From the IMG/VR virus record IMGVR_UViG_3300037511_000274: a DNA stretch of 60,591 bases. One strand, given 5' to 3'. Made by a program: the position numbers and the translations under genes. Below the pieces are notes generated by a model. That model did not search any database. It was not told the DNA's origin and was given only the letters and a program-made list of their open reading frames with translations. The DNA is from a virus. Below are positions 16,246 through 25,283 of this stretch, piece by piece; position 1 is the first letter of the stretch, and every line of letters starts with the position of its first letter.

Positions 16246-16913
16246 GATCCCAGCGAGGGGATCGTGTATCCGGCCGCGTCACAGCCACCGGCCAGGCCGC
16301 TGTACGCGTCCGATATCGGGCCGACCAGCGCCAGGACGCCCAGGTTGTTCGAGCCCATGCCCTGGGCCTGCCAGGCCAGGTCCATCAGCTTGGTGCCGTT
16401 GTCCCGGATAGCCGGGTAGCGCGAGTCCGCGAACACCTCGCGCGCCTGGCGGTACTGGTCCAGGGTCATCACGCCCTTGGCCTTGACCGGCGCCTGGCCC
16501 TTGCTGATGGCCTCGCACGCGGCCACGCCCGAGTCCTTGCCGATCAGCGGCACCCCAGCGGGGAGCCAGTTCATCCGCTGGACCACGAACCCCAGCAGGC
16601 CCAGGAACAGAGCCGCCACCAGGACCACGCCCAGCACGGTGCCCACCCGGTTCCACGAGCGCTCGCCCGGCGCCGGATCCCAGGTGTGCATCCCGGCCGC
16701 CCCGTACTGCGGCTCGGGGGCGTGGCGCGGCTGGCCGTGCTGGGCGGTCAGGTCGGCCCAGATCGGGAGCTGGCCGGTCGGCCAGTTGCCGGTAGCCCAG
16801 TGCTCGGCCGCCAGCGGGTCCACCTCGGGGGCCTGGCCCGGCGGCCCGGCGTCGGTGGCCGGGTGGAACGTGGCCTCGGTCTTGTTGCTCATCTCGTCCT
16901 CTTCGCTCGGCAT
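16242..16913 (-). CDS. single-pass membrane protein, 223 aa
   Basis: Pro-rich N-terminus, transmembrane segment VGTVLGVVLVAALFLGLLGFVV, and a Cys-containing extracytoplasmic domain. Confidence 0.8.
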   Translation of the reverse strand: MPSEEDEMSNKTEATFHPATDAGPPGQAPEVDPLAAEHWATGNWPTGQLPIWADLTAQHGQPRHAPEPQYGAAGMHTWDPAPGERSWNRVGTVLGVVLVAALFLGLLGFVVQRMNWLPAGVPLIGKDSGVAACEAISKGQAPVKAKGVMTLDQYRQAREVFADSRYPAIRDNGTKLMDLAWQAQGMGSNNLGVLALVGPISDAYSGLAGGCDAAGYTIPSLGS

Positions 16914-16924
16914 GTTCGGTCTCC

Positions 16925-16959
16925 GTATTACTTGCCAGTTATGACGTTCAAGTGATCAG
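16925..16959 (-). promoter_or_regulatory. degenerate promoter module (…CACTTGAACGTCAT…TAATAC)
   Basis: Core is recognisable but carries insertions. TAATAC lies 11 nt before ATG 16913. Confidence 0.35.
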
Positions 16960-16995
16960 GGTACCGGGGGAGCGCAACCGCTCCCCCGGCGCCCG

Positions 16996-19900
16996 TCACT
17001 TCTCGTAGCACTTACTCCAGTCGGTCCCCGCCGGGCTCCGGTCGGCCAGGATCGGGACGCCCCGCCAGGGCTCACCGTGGAGGCTCAGCGCGTCCACCAC
17101 GACCCGGCTCACGTCCTCCACGAGGTCGGCCGGGATGGACAAGACGATCTCGTCGTGGACCTGGGCGCGCAGCATGGGGAGGACTTCCGCCGGGAGGTTC
17201 AGGCAACCCTCCATCATGATGTCCCGGGCCGCGCCCTGGCCGCCGAGCGCCGGACCCTGGGTGTGAGCGCGCTGGGGGTCGGGCCGCATGAGGCGACCGA
17301 ACCCGTTGTCCAGGAGCTGGCCACTGGCCGCCAGCGCCCGGATCTCGTCCTGCCACTCGACCAGCCGGGGGAAGCGCTCGCGCATCATCCGGTCGAACTG
17401 GACCACCAAGTGGGGCTCGATGTTGTTGCTCATGCTGATCCGCTTCAGGCTCTCCCCGTAGTTCCAGCCGTGGCCGATCGGCTTGGCCACCTCGCGCATC
17501 TTGGGGTCACCGAACAGCGCCAGGGCGAGGTCCGTGTGGGGGTCGTCGGTCTTCAGCATGTCGATGTACGCCTGGTCCTGGCTGAGCCCGGCGACCGCCC
17601 GCATATCGACCTGGGAGAGGTCGAACGAGACCAGGAGCTGGCCGGGGTCGGGGAGCAGGACCGCCCGCTCCACGTGCCGCCCGCCGCGCTTGCCGAACAC
17701 CGTCAGCCCCGGCTCGGTGCTCGACCACCGGCCGGTGGCCTGCTTGAAGCTGATCTTGGGGTGAACCCGGCCGTCCGGCCCCATCGCGTTCTGAGCGGTC
17801 TCATAGATCGAGCGGGCCGACACGATCCGGTAGACCGCCTTCACGATCTCCAGGACCGTCTTGTTGTGGCCGTACTCCCGGCCGTAGTGGAGCATGGCGT
17901 CCGCGCTGATCTGGAGGTCCCCGCTGTTCGGCGTGCGCCACAGCGCCTTGGGCTTGACGCCCGCCGCGAGGAGGGCCGCCTCCAGCGCCTCCTTGCCGAG
18001 CTTGCTGGCCAGCGGCGCGGCGTACTCCTTCCCCTTGGCGTCGGCCGTGGGGATGCCGTACTTGCCCGCCAGCAGCTCCATCGCCTGGGCCTTCCGGCGC
18101 TGGATCTCCTCCACCCGCTGGGCGAGGAGCGGCTGGTCCACCAGGAACCCGTTGTGGCTGATCTGAGCGGCGATGGCGGCCACCCGGTGCTCGCGCCTCA
18201 GGTAGTCCGGCATCGTGCCGCCCAGCGCCTCCAGGAGGGCCGCGTACAGCCCCCGGGAGCCGCCCACGTCGTGCTCCAGGTACTCCCGGAAGCTGGCCGC
18301 GTCAGCGGCGCGTGCCGGGTCCGGGTCGTCCAGGTCCACCGGGATTTCGCCCCAGCCGCCGTACTTCTTGGCCAGCGCCCTGGAGATGTCGGACAGCTTG
18401 CCCATCGCCCCGTACTTGACCGCCAGCGCGCCCAGGTCGTACTTGCGGGTGGCGTCCACGCCCTTGTCCCGGGCCATCGGCGGATCGACGTAGCGGGCCA
18501 TCAGCAGCGTGTCCGCGAGGTTGCCCGCCGCCGCCTGCTCGTGCACCCACGGCATGATGAACGCGCCCGCTCGGACCAGGACGGGGAGGTCAAACGCCAT
18601 GATGTTGTGCCCGGTCACCACCCGGCCGCCGATGATGGCGTGGCGCGCGTGGGCCACCGTGTCCCGCTCGGTGGTCGCCACCGGCCCGTCATCGTGCGCC
18701 CACCCGGCCAGCCGGACGTAGTCCCGGGGCTCGGCCTTGAACTGGTCCCCGATGTCGCCGGTCTCCAGGTCGATCACCGTGACCTCGGCCGTGGGCGCCA
18801 GCGCGTCGGTCTCCCCGCCGATGGTGTCCTCCGGCGCCGGTCCGCGCGCCTCGGCGTGCTCGTTCTCCGGGGCGGGCTCGGGCATCGGGATATCCACAGG
18901 CTCCTCCACAGGCTGGGGATCGGGGCTTGACGTGTGAGTGTCAGGCTCGGTCGGCGCCGGGCTGACCGGCTCGGGGTCTTCCTTCCACGGGGGGAGGTCA
19001 TCGTCGTGGAACACCTGATAGACGCTGACGTGGCCGTGGGCCGAGCCCACCCGCTGGATCCAGTACGGGCCGTAGTGCCGCCCCGAGATCCGGCTGTACG
19101 CCTCGCCCAGGCTCTTGCCGTACGTCCGTTCGGTGGGGTCGTCCAGCTTGGGCGGCGCCGAGTAGAGGTCCGTCCCGCCGGTCAGCGCCTTGGCCTTCAC
19201 GTCGGCCGTGCGGAACGTGGCCTCCCCGAACTGCTCCCGGAGCCATTCCAGGTGGTTGATCCAATACTGGGTGTCAAAGTCCGACTCCGAGCGCCAGACC
19301 TTCAGGTTGGCCAGGAATCCCTCCAGGCCCGCCACCTCCACGATGCCGCCCACCATGCGCTCCCACTGCTCGAACGAGCCGAAGGACACGCCGCGCTTGG
19401 GGGTCGGCGCCCCGGCCGCGAACCAGGCCCGGACCAGCGTCAGGATGGCCACCAGCAGGTCCCGCCGGTGCTTGCGGGTCCAGCTCCCCAGGTCCAGGCC
19501 CGAGGTGCCCGGGTGCCGGAACGAGCTGGCCGCCCGGTCCTGCGGGTTCGCGTACCGGGGCCGGAGCGCGATCCGGTAGACCCGGCGCGTGATGTCGCCC
19601 TTCACCTGGACGTTGTTGCCCAGCGAGATCCACGTGACCTTGTTCGGGAAGCTGGCCATGTTCGAGACGCCCAGGATCCGGTCCTGCCAGACCTCGGCCG
19701 TGAGGGCCTGGGCCAGCGGCGCGCCCTCCAGGGTGTGCGCCTCGTCGTAGACGAAAAACTCCTGGCCGGTGCGGAATGCCGCCGTGACCTGCTTGCGGAT
19801 CTCCTCGGGCTCGCCCACCCAGTTCATCGGAAGGGCCGCGTGGCCGGTGTAGACCGTCAGCAGGACATCGGCCAGCAGGTTCTTGCCCACGCCCATCTGA

Positions 19901-21264
19901 AGGCCGTCGATCACGGCCAGGGGAGCGCGCGGCACGTTACCCCGGATGGCCGGGGTCACCAGCAGCGCCAGCAAGTTGGCCCGGTCGGCCTCCCCGTCCA
20001 GCGGGAAGTCCCCCAGCCACTCCTCCAGCAGCAGGTCCCGGGCCGCCGCGATCTCGGCCGCGCTCGGGTCCTCGGGTACCTCGATCCCGGCGAACACCTC
20101 GTCCGTCATCAGCAGCGTGCACGTGGCCTCGTCGTAGCCGGGCTCGGTACAGATCGTCCCGTCCGGCCGGACGAACGGCGCGTGGGCGATGCGGGCCAGC
20201 GAGGCGAACTTGGCGGCCCGGCTCATCGTGGCGGACATGGTCCCGGCGTCCGGCCAGGTGTAGGAGTACGTCACGCCCTGGGCGCCGTCGTTCTCGTTGA
20301 CCGTGATGGCCGTGGCCTGGACGAGGTCGTGGAACGAGCCCCGGTCCACCGGCGCCATCGTCTCCTCGTCGCTCAGCCAGGAGATCACGCCCCCGTGGTT
20401 GAACAGGCGCCGCGCGTTCCACAGGTCCAGCAGCGCCTTGGTCAGGTCGTTGATCACCTCCAGCCGGTCCCGGTTACAGATGATCGTTGCGCGCCCGTCG
20501 GCGGCCACCGGCGCTCCGCCGGTCTTCTTCCGGGGCTTGGGCTTGGCGTCCGCTGGTTTGGCCTTGGCGCCGTCAATGACCCGCTTCAGGTAGCCCGCCC
20601 GCCGGTCCTCCGGCCGCCCGGCCAGGATGTCGTCCAGGCCGCTCTTGTCGGCTCCCCCGGGGAGGCGACCGAAAGAGACCTTGGTGGCGCCCTCGGCCGC
20701 CAGGGCCGCCGCCAGGCCCATGCCTGCCTCGTAGACCTCCGGGTTGGTGGCTGCGTCCGCGTCCAGGATCACCACCACGTTCTTGCCGTCCGCCACCGCG
20801 AGATCCGGGATCGGGCCGCCGCCGGGGGTCTGCCACATCCGGCATCCGGCGATCGAGTAGACCGAGACGCCGGGCGGCGCGTAGCTGGCGCCCGCCAGGC
20901 CCTGCTTGGTCCCCTCGATGATCACCATCAGCTCGGAGCCCTCGACCTCCCGGAGTGCCCAGAGCACGGGGGTCATGTCCTTGGCGAACACGTACTTGCG
21001 GGGCTTGCCGGTCCGCCGGTCCGCCGTCGGGTCGTCCGGCCGGACCTGATACTCCACACGGCCGTCCGGCGAGGTCCAGGGGAACACGATGGCCGGGTGG
21101 TTGCTCCAGTTCGGCCAGACGCCCTCGGTGGGGTTGTCGTCGTGGGAGAGCAGCGAGCGCACGCCCAGTCGCTCGGCCAGCTCCACGTTGACCGCGTGGG
21201 CCTCCAGGTATGCCCGGTGCTCGGCGGTCAGCGCCTGGCCGGGAGTGGTGTTACCGTCGTTCAC
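16996..21264 (-). CDS. replicase fusion: Toprim/DUF3854-like primase domain, SF3 (P4/D5-type) helicase, and family A DNA polymerase with 3'-5' exonuclease
   Basis: IIEGTKQ and ILDADAA (Toprim-like). GVGKNLL and FFVYDEA (Walker A and B). Pro-rich linker. VIDLETG, HNIMAFDL and YLEHDV (Exo I-III). FDLSQVDMR, KPIGHGWNYG and QVHDEIV (Pol A, B and C). Confidence 0.85.
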   Translation of the reverse strand: MNDGNTTPGQALTAEHRAYLEAHAVNVELAERLGVRSLLSHDDNPTEGVWPNWSNHPAIVFPWTSPDGRVEYQVRPDDPTADRRTGKPRKYVFAKDMTPVLWALREVEGSELMVIIEGTKQGLAGASYAPPGVSVYSIAGCRMWQTPGGGPIPDLAVADGKNVVVILDADAATNPEVYEAGMGLAAALAAEGATKVSFGRLPGGADKSGLDDILAGRPEDRRAGYLKRVIDGAKAKPADAKPKPRKKTGGAPVAADGRATIICNRDRLEVINDLTKALLDLWNARRLFNHGGVISWLSDEETMAPVDRGSFHDLVQATAITVNENDGAQGVTYSYTWPDAGTMSATMSRAAKFASLARIAHAPFVRPDGTICTEPGYDEATCTLLMTDEVFAGIEVPEDPSAAEIAAARDLLLEEWLGDFPLDGEADRANLLALLVTPAIRGNVPRAPLAVIDGLQMGVGKNLLADVLLTVYTGHAALPMNWVGEPEEIRKQVTAAFRTGQEFFVYDEAHTLEGAPLAQALTAEVWQDRILGVSNMASFPNKVTWISLGNNVQVKGDITRRVYRIALRPRYANPQDRAASSFRHPGTSGLDLGSWTRKHRRDLLVAILTLVRAWFAAGAPTPKRGVSFGSFEQWERMVGGIVEVAGLEGFLANLKVWRSESDFDTQYWINHLEWLREQFGEATFRTADVKAKALTGGTDLYSAPPKLDDPTERTYGKSLGEAYSRISGRHYGPYWIQRVGSAHGHVSVYQVFHDDDLPPWKEDPEPVSPAPTEPDTHTSSPDPQPVEEPVDIPMPEPAPENEHAEARGPAPEDTIGGETDALAPTAEVTVIDLETGDIGDQFKAEPRDYVRLAGWAHDDGPVATTERDTVAHARHAIIGGRVVTGHNIMAFDLPVLVRAGAFIMPWVHEQAAAGNLADTLLMARYVDPPMARDKGVDATRKYDLGALAVKYGAMGKLSDISRALAKKYGGWGEIPVDLDDPDPARAADAASFREYLEHDVGGSRGLYAALLEALGGTMPDYLRREHRVAAIAAQISHNGFLVDQPLLAQRVEEIQRRKAQAMELLAGKYGIPTADAKGKEYAAPLASKLGKEALEAALLAAGVKPKALWRTPNSGDLQISADAMLHYGREYGHNKTVLEIVKAVYRIVSARSIYETAQNAMGPDGRVHPKISFKQATGRWSSTEPGLTVFGKRGGRHVERAVLLPDPGQLLVSFDLSQVDMRAVAGLSQDQAYIDMLKTDDPHTDLALALFGDPKMREVAKPIGHGWNYGESLKRISMSNNIEPHLVVQFDRMMRERFPRLVEWQDEIRALAASGQLLDNGFGRLMRPDPQRAHTQGPALGGQGAARDIMMEGCLNLPAEVLPMLRAQVHDEIVLSIPADLVEDVSRVVVDALSLHGEPWRGVPILADRSPAGTDWSKCYEK
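18927..18944. promoter_or_regulatory. orphan dyad site TTGACGTGTGAGTGTCAG in the replicase linker
   Basis: Encodes PDTHTSS with CCT, ACT and TCA codons. Confidence 0.4.
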
Positions 21265-21326
21265 GTTCGGTCACCTTTCTGGTTGATCATCGGGCCGCCC
21301 CTCGCTCGGGGGCGGCCCGCTCCGTT

Positions 21327-22085
21327 TCAGACCGACGTGACACCGGTGATGCGCCGGACCTCGGTCAGCGCCTCCACCATCAGCATGGCCGCGCTGGAGT
21401 CCCGGTAGGTCGTGATCTCGTTCTTCAGCTCCTCGCCCAGCACGGCCCGAGTGATGTCGTCCACCTTGCTCTGAAGCGGGTTCACGATCTCCCGCTGCAT
21501 CGCCGCACGTGCATCCTCCTTTGCACCTGCCTTTGCATCCTCCACCTGGGCCGTGGTGAATCGGCGCTCCTTCTCCGCCAGCGCCCGCCGGAGCTGGCCG
21601 TCCAGCTCCCCGATCCGGGTCTGGGCGTCGGCCAGCGCGGTCTCCAGATCGGCCACCAGCGACCGGCCCTCGAACGCCACGTGAGCGTCCTTGGTGCATC
21701 GCTCGGTGCACACGTGGCCCTTGACGTACCGGGCCAGGCTGGCCTCCAGCTCGGCTACCCGGGCCTGAGCCCGGTCGGCCCGGTCGCGCTCGGTGTGCCG
21801 GTCCTGGTCGTACCCCCGGACCGTCAGGGCCAGGCCCTCAGCCCGCTTGGTCTCGATCTCGCGCGCCTCCTGGGCGGTCGCGAGCTGGCCCGCCAGGTCC
21901 GAGTTGCGCTCCTCCAGCTCCCGGACCCGGGCCTCTGCCCGCTCGCACGCGTCGGCCCAGTAGCCCGCCTGGCGGCCCCGGACCAAGTGCTGGCCCACCG
22001 TCTGGACCTCGTCCGCCGTGCCGCTGATCTGGATCGAGACCTTGTCCCGCCAGAACTCCTCGGCCGTCTTGATCGTGATTTCCAT
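21327..22085 (-). CDS. coiled-coil protein, 252 aa
   Basis: Start trimmed to ATG 22085 because the track start lies inside the -10 hexamer. Heptad-like Glu/Arg/Ala-rich sequence. Confidence 0.8.
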   Translation of the reverse strand: MEITIKTAEEFWRDKVSIQISGTADEVQTVGQHLVRGRQAGYWADACERAEARVRELEERNSDLAGQLATAQEAREIETKRAEGLALTVRGYDQDRHTERDRADRAQARVAELEASLARYVKGHVCTERCTKDAHVAFEGRSLVADLETALADAQTRIGELDGQLRRALAEKERRFTTAQVEDAKAGAKEDARAAMQREIVNPLQSKVDDITRAVLGEELKNEITTYRDSSAAMLMVEALTEVRRITGVTSV

Positions 22086-22153
22086 GCCCCGTCCTCTCGT
22101 GCCCTGTGCCCGAGCGGGGGGAGCAAGCTCCCCCCGCCTCAACTGCAAAGTGA

Positions 22154-22183
22154 ACATTACCGCTATGCCGGGGAGGTCGTCAA
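22154..22183 (-). promoter_or_regulatory. promoter TTGACG-N18-TAATGT
   Basis: Reverse complement reads TTGACGACCTCCCCGGCATAGCGGTAATGT. The leader carries the hairpin GCGGGGGGAGC/GCTCCCCCCGC (22114-22137). Confidence 0.6.
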
Positions 22184-23874
22184 CCCACCATCCGCCGGAC
22201 CGCCCGGCGCCCGGCGATGCGGGTGATCAGGTCGGCCGCCTCGCCCTTGGTCCGCACCCGGGGGATGTGCTTGGAGGGCAGGCCCTCGCGGACCAGCCGC
22301 TGGCGCTGGGCGTCGGTGACCGGCGCGCTCAGCCACCGCGCCGAGCGCTCCACCAGCTTGGTGAACGCCTTGGCCCGGTCCTCCCCGATGCCCATCGCCC
22401 AGTCCGCCGGAAGCTCCTCGTGGAGGATCGTCAGCTTGCCGCCCTGGTAGGCCGCCAGCTTCCAGGTGTCCACGCCCACGGGGACCATCACCACGACCTC
22501 CTGACCGGCGCCGAGGCAGAACCCCGACTCGACCGGGAGCCACCGGAGCCGGGAGGCGCCGAACACGTCCACCTTCTTGGCCCCGCCGGACTTGCAGTTC
22601 TCGTGCCGCGTGCCGCCGCTCAGCGCGATTTCGGCCGGGAGGTACCGGTGGCACTGGACGCACCGGTGTTCGGCGAACTCGCACGGCACGCCGCAGCTCG
22701 GGCACGCCTGGGCCTCGGGCTCCTCCCCCTCCTTGCGCTTGCGGGGGTCGTCGATGTCCAGGCCGAGATCCACCAGGCCGATCAGTTCGTGGCGCTCGCT
22801 GGCGCCCACGATGTCGATCACCATCAGGTCCTTCTTGCCGGGGAACAGGCGCGTCCCCCGGCCGACCATCTGGACGTAGAGCCCGTGGAACTTGGTGGGC
22901 CGACCGATCAGCACGCACGAGATCGAGGGCTCGTCAAACCCCTCGGTCAGGACCGCGCAGTTGCATACCCACTGGGTCTCGCCGGTCTTCAGCCGCCGCA
23001 GGATCGCCCGCCGCTCGTCCGCCGGGGTCGCCCCGTCCAGGTGCTCGGCCGCGATGCCGCGCGCCTTCAGCGCCTCGGTCAGGAGCTGGCTCGTGCGCAC
23101 CGTGGGGAGGAAGGCCACACCCTTGCGGTCCGGCGCGTTCTCCTTGACCGCGTCGGCCATCTGGGCGATGGCGCCGGACTCCTCCAGCGCCGTGCCCAGG
23201 CCGCCGTCCGAGTAGTCCCCGCCGCGCGACCGGCCGACCTTGTCCAGGTCCACCGAGGTCTCGACCACCACGGCCGGGAGGATCGGGACGAGGTATCCGC
23301 CCTCCTCCTTCTTGCGGGGGTCACCGTAGATGGCCTCCCGGATTGACATGAAATCGACAACTTTTTCCCAGACGCCCAGCGTCTTGTTGTCGCGCTCCGG
23401 CGTGGCCGTGAACCCCACGGTCAGCGGGCCGTGGGAGTTGAACGAGCCCAGCTCGGTCAGCGCCCGGGTCCAGCTCGGCGCCGGTGCGTGGTGGGCCTCG
23501 TCCACCCACAGCGTGCCGAACGGGGACCGGCGGCCGGACTCCACGAGCTGGGCCAGCCGCATCTCGCGGGCGATGGTCGGGACCGAGATCACGACCACGT
23601 CAGCGTCCAGCTCGTTCAGCTCGGCCTTGACGGTGCCCACGCTCAGCTCGGGCGCCACCATCTTGATCTTGTTGCGGGTCTGCTCGGCCAGCTCCTCACG
23701 GTGCACGAGCACGCCGGACCGGCCGCGCTCGGCCCGCTCGGCAATGCCCTTGCAGAATGTCACCGTCTTGCCGGTGCCGGTCGGGTGCACGATCAGCGGG
23801 CGCCGGACGCCCTCGCGCTCGGCGGTCGCCACGTTGTCCAGGGCGCGCCGCTGGTAGGGCCTCAGGTCCAACAT
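22180..23874 (-). CDS. SF2 (DEAD/DEAH-type) DNA helicase with C-terminal zinc ribbon
   Basis: HPTGTGKT, WVDEAHH and FTATP motifs. CPSCGVPCEFAEHRCVQCH. Confidence 0.9.
   Translation of the reverse strand: MLDLRPYQRRALDNVATAEREGVRRPLIVHPTGTGKTVTFCKGIAERAERGRSGVLVHREELAEQTRNKIKMVAPELSVGTVKAELNELDADVVVISVPTIAREMRLAQLVESGRRSPFGTLWVDEAHHAPAPSWTRALTELGSFNSHGPLTVGFTATPERDNKTLGVWEKVVDFMSIREAIYGDPRKKEEGGYLVPILPAVVVETSVDLDKVGRSRGGDYSDGGLGTALEESGAIAQMADAVKENAPDRKGVAFLPTVRTSQLLTEALKARGIAAEHLDGATPADERRAILRRLKTGETQWVCNCAVLTEGFDEPSISCVLIGRPTKFHGLYVQMVGRGTRLFPGKKDLMVIDIVGASERHELIGLVDLGLDIDDPRKRKEGEEPEAQACPSCGVPCEFAEHRCVQCHRYLPAEIALSGGTRHENCKSGGAKKVDVFGASRLRWLPVESGFCLGAGQEVVVMVPVGVDTWKLAAYQGGKLTILHEELPADWAMGIGEDRAKAFTKLVERSARWLSAPVTDAQRQRLVREGLPSKHIPRVRTKGEAADLITRIAGRRAVRRMVG
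23343..23360. promoter_or_regulatory. near-dyad TTGACATGAAATCGACAA inside the helicase gene
   Basis: One perfect arm and one 4 of 5 arm. Encodes VVDFMSI with GAA, AAA, GTT, GAT and TCA codons. Confidence 0.35.
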
Positions 23875-24029
23875 CAGCGCCTCCCCGAGGTGTGCACGCG
23901 GACCAGCTCACCGGTTGCCGTGCGGATCACGATGGCCTCGCGCGTCGCGCTGACCACCGTGCCGGACAGGACCTCGTCCGGACTGGCCGGTCGCCAGTCC
24001 CGGATCTCCTCGTTACTCGTTGCCGTCAT
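23874..24029 (-). CDS. 51-aa protein, apparently leaderless
   Basis: ATG 7 nt after the -10 TAACCT. TGATG junction with the helicase. High GC3. Confidence 0.5.
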   Translation of the reverse strand: MTATSNEEIRDWRPASPDEVLSGTVVSATREAIVIRTATGELVRVHTSGRR

Positions 24030-24036
24030 GACTGTG

Positions 24037-24066
24037 AGGTTACTCGGACGCCTGGGAGGTTGTCAA
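24037..24066 (-). promoter_or_regulatory. promoter TTGACA-N18-TAACCT
   Basis: The motif fragment CCTCACAGTCATGACGG follows the -10 and contains the ATG. Confidence 0.55.
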
Positions 24067-24438
24067 ATCCTCGTCGTACGCGGGCTCGCCGGTGGCCGCC
24101 TGGCCCTCGATCGGGGAGGGGTACAGATCGGCCCAGGAGGTGGCCGCCCGGACCCAGCGGACCACGCGGTTGTCCCGGGCCAGCCAGTTCATCACGGCGC
24201 CCCAGCCAGCCGCCTGGGGGACCTTGCCGGTGCCGGTGACGTACCACAGGCCCCCGGCCTTCAGCATCGCGTACGTGAACACCTTGGGCGTGCTGCGGCC
24301 CCGGGTCGTGTCCCGGTCGGTCTGGCCCATACCGGGGTACTCGATCCCGAACAGCAGGACCGTCCCGTTGGGCACCTTGGCGTTGTCCAGGGTGAAGCTC
24401 GGGCGCCCGGCGCCCGGGTGAGTCAGGGTGGTTGCCAC
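24040..24438 (-). CDS. hypothetical protein, 132 aa
   Basis: GTG after AAGGAGAGA. Ordinary composition. Confidence 0.8.
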   Translation of the reverse strand: MATTLTHPGAGRPSFTLDNAKVPNGTVLLFGIEYPGMGQTDRDTTRGRSTPKVFTYAMLKAGGLWYVTGTGKVPQAAGWGAVMNWLARDNRVVRWVRAATSWADLYPSPIEGQAATGEPAYDEDLTTSQASE

Positions 24439-24508
24439 GGGTCTCTCCTTCAGAGACGGACGGGCCGCCCAGGGATCCCCCGGGCGGCCCGTATCGGTCG
24501 GAGCCGGA

Positions 24509-24988
24509 TCAGGCGGCGGCGCGCGCCTTGCGCGCCTTGGCCATCACGCCGTAGTGCTTGTAGTTCTTGCCCGCGTACGGACCGCGCTTGATCGGCTTCT
24601 CACCGAAGTAGCGGGCCGCGAACAGGTTGCCGGGCGCACAGGTCCCGGCGTCGATCACGGCCTGAAGCTCCTTGCGCAGCACCGAGGCGAACCCGATGAT
24701 GCGGAACTTGCCGTCCTTGTTCTCGATCGTGACCGTCGGGACCATCGGGTCCTCGCCCTTGGCGGCGAAGTCCGAGCGGGTCTCGCCCACCTTGACGATC
24801 ACGCCGCTGATCTGCTCCCCGGCCTCGGTGGGGTTCCACGCCTCGGCGTCGTCCTCGTCCACCTCATCCAGCAGGTCCTCAGCCTCGGCGAAATCGTCGT
24901 CCCCCAGGTCCTCCACGTCGGCCCCACCGAACAGCTTGTCCGCCTCGTCCAGGTCGGACGCGTCCACGGTGCTGGCTGCCTTGGCCAT
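24509..24988 (-). CDS. hypothetical protein with strongly acidic N-terminal segment, 159 aa
   Basis: Start trimmed to ATG 24988. The upstream part of the track ORF runs through the tRNA and the heptamer repeats. Confidence 0.8.
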   Translation of the reverse strand: MAKAASTVDASDLDEADKLFGGADVEDLGDDDFAEAEDLLDEVDEDDAEAWNPTEAGEQISGVIVKVGETRSDFAAKGEDPMVPTVTIENKDGKFRIIGFASVLRKELQAVIDAGTCAPGNLFAARYFGEKPIKRGPYAGKNYKHYGVMAKARKARAAA

Positions 24989-25003
24989 GTTGGCCTCACT
25001 CTC

Positions 25004-25045
25004 TTTGCGGTTTGCGGTTTGCGGTTGTCGGTTTGCAGTTGGCGG
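25004..25045. repeat. six tandem heptamers (TTTGCGG x3, TTGTCGG, TTTGCAG, TTGGCGG)
   Basis: Read directly. Non-coding, between the tRNA-like gene and 24509-24988. Confidence 0.85.
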
Positions 25046-25172
25046 GGGAGCACCGGGCGTGTTGCCTGTGGTTGCCCGGCTCCCCCATTTCATCGGCCCT
25101 CTTAACCCCGGCCGCATGGGGCGTCCACCTTGAGTTTTGAAGCAGAGTCGTGGGCGGACCTCGGACTCTCCG

Positions 25173-25249
25173 CTGGCTCCGCTGGACTTGAACCAGCAAC
25201 CTCCCCGAGTTTGCACCCCGGGTAGCTCTGCCAATTGAGCTAGAAGCCA
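25173..25249 (-). tRNA. tRNA-like gene, nominal anticodon GCA (Cys), with an over-long anticodon stem
   Basis: Canonical 7-bp acceptor stem, U8, D arm GCUC/AAUUGGCA/GAGC, and T arm GCUGG/UUCAAGU/CCAGC. The anticodon arm is 21 nt rather than 17. No CCA is encoded. Confidence 0.6.
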
Positions 25250-25256
25250 TAGCGCC

Positions 25257-25283
25257 GGGGCCGCCGCCGCGAACGGCGGCCCC
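25257..25283. terminator. GC hairpin GGGGCCGCCG-N7-CGGCGGCCCC
   Basis: 10-bp stem immediately 5' of the tRNA-like gene on the minus strand. Confidence 0.4.

Noticed and set aside
25173-25249. The tRNA as evidence for an attP site and a temperate lifestyle.
   Set aside because: No integrase, excisionase-integrase pair or recombinase-sized ORF exists anywhere in the window. The HTH_17-like gene at 30990 alone is insufficient.
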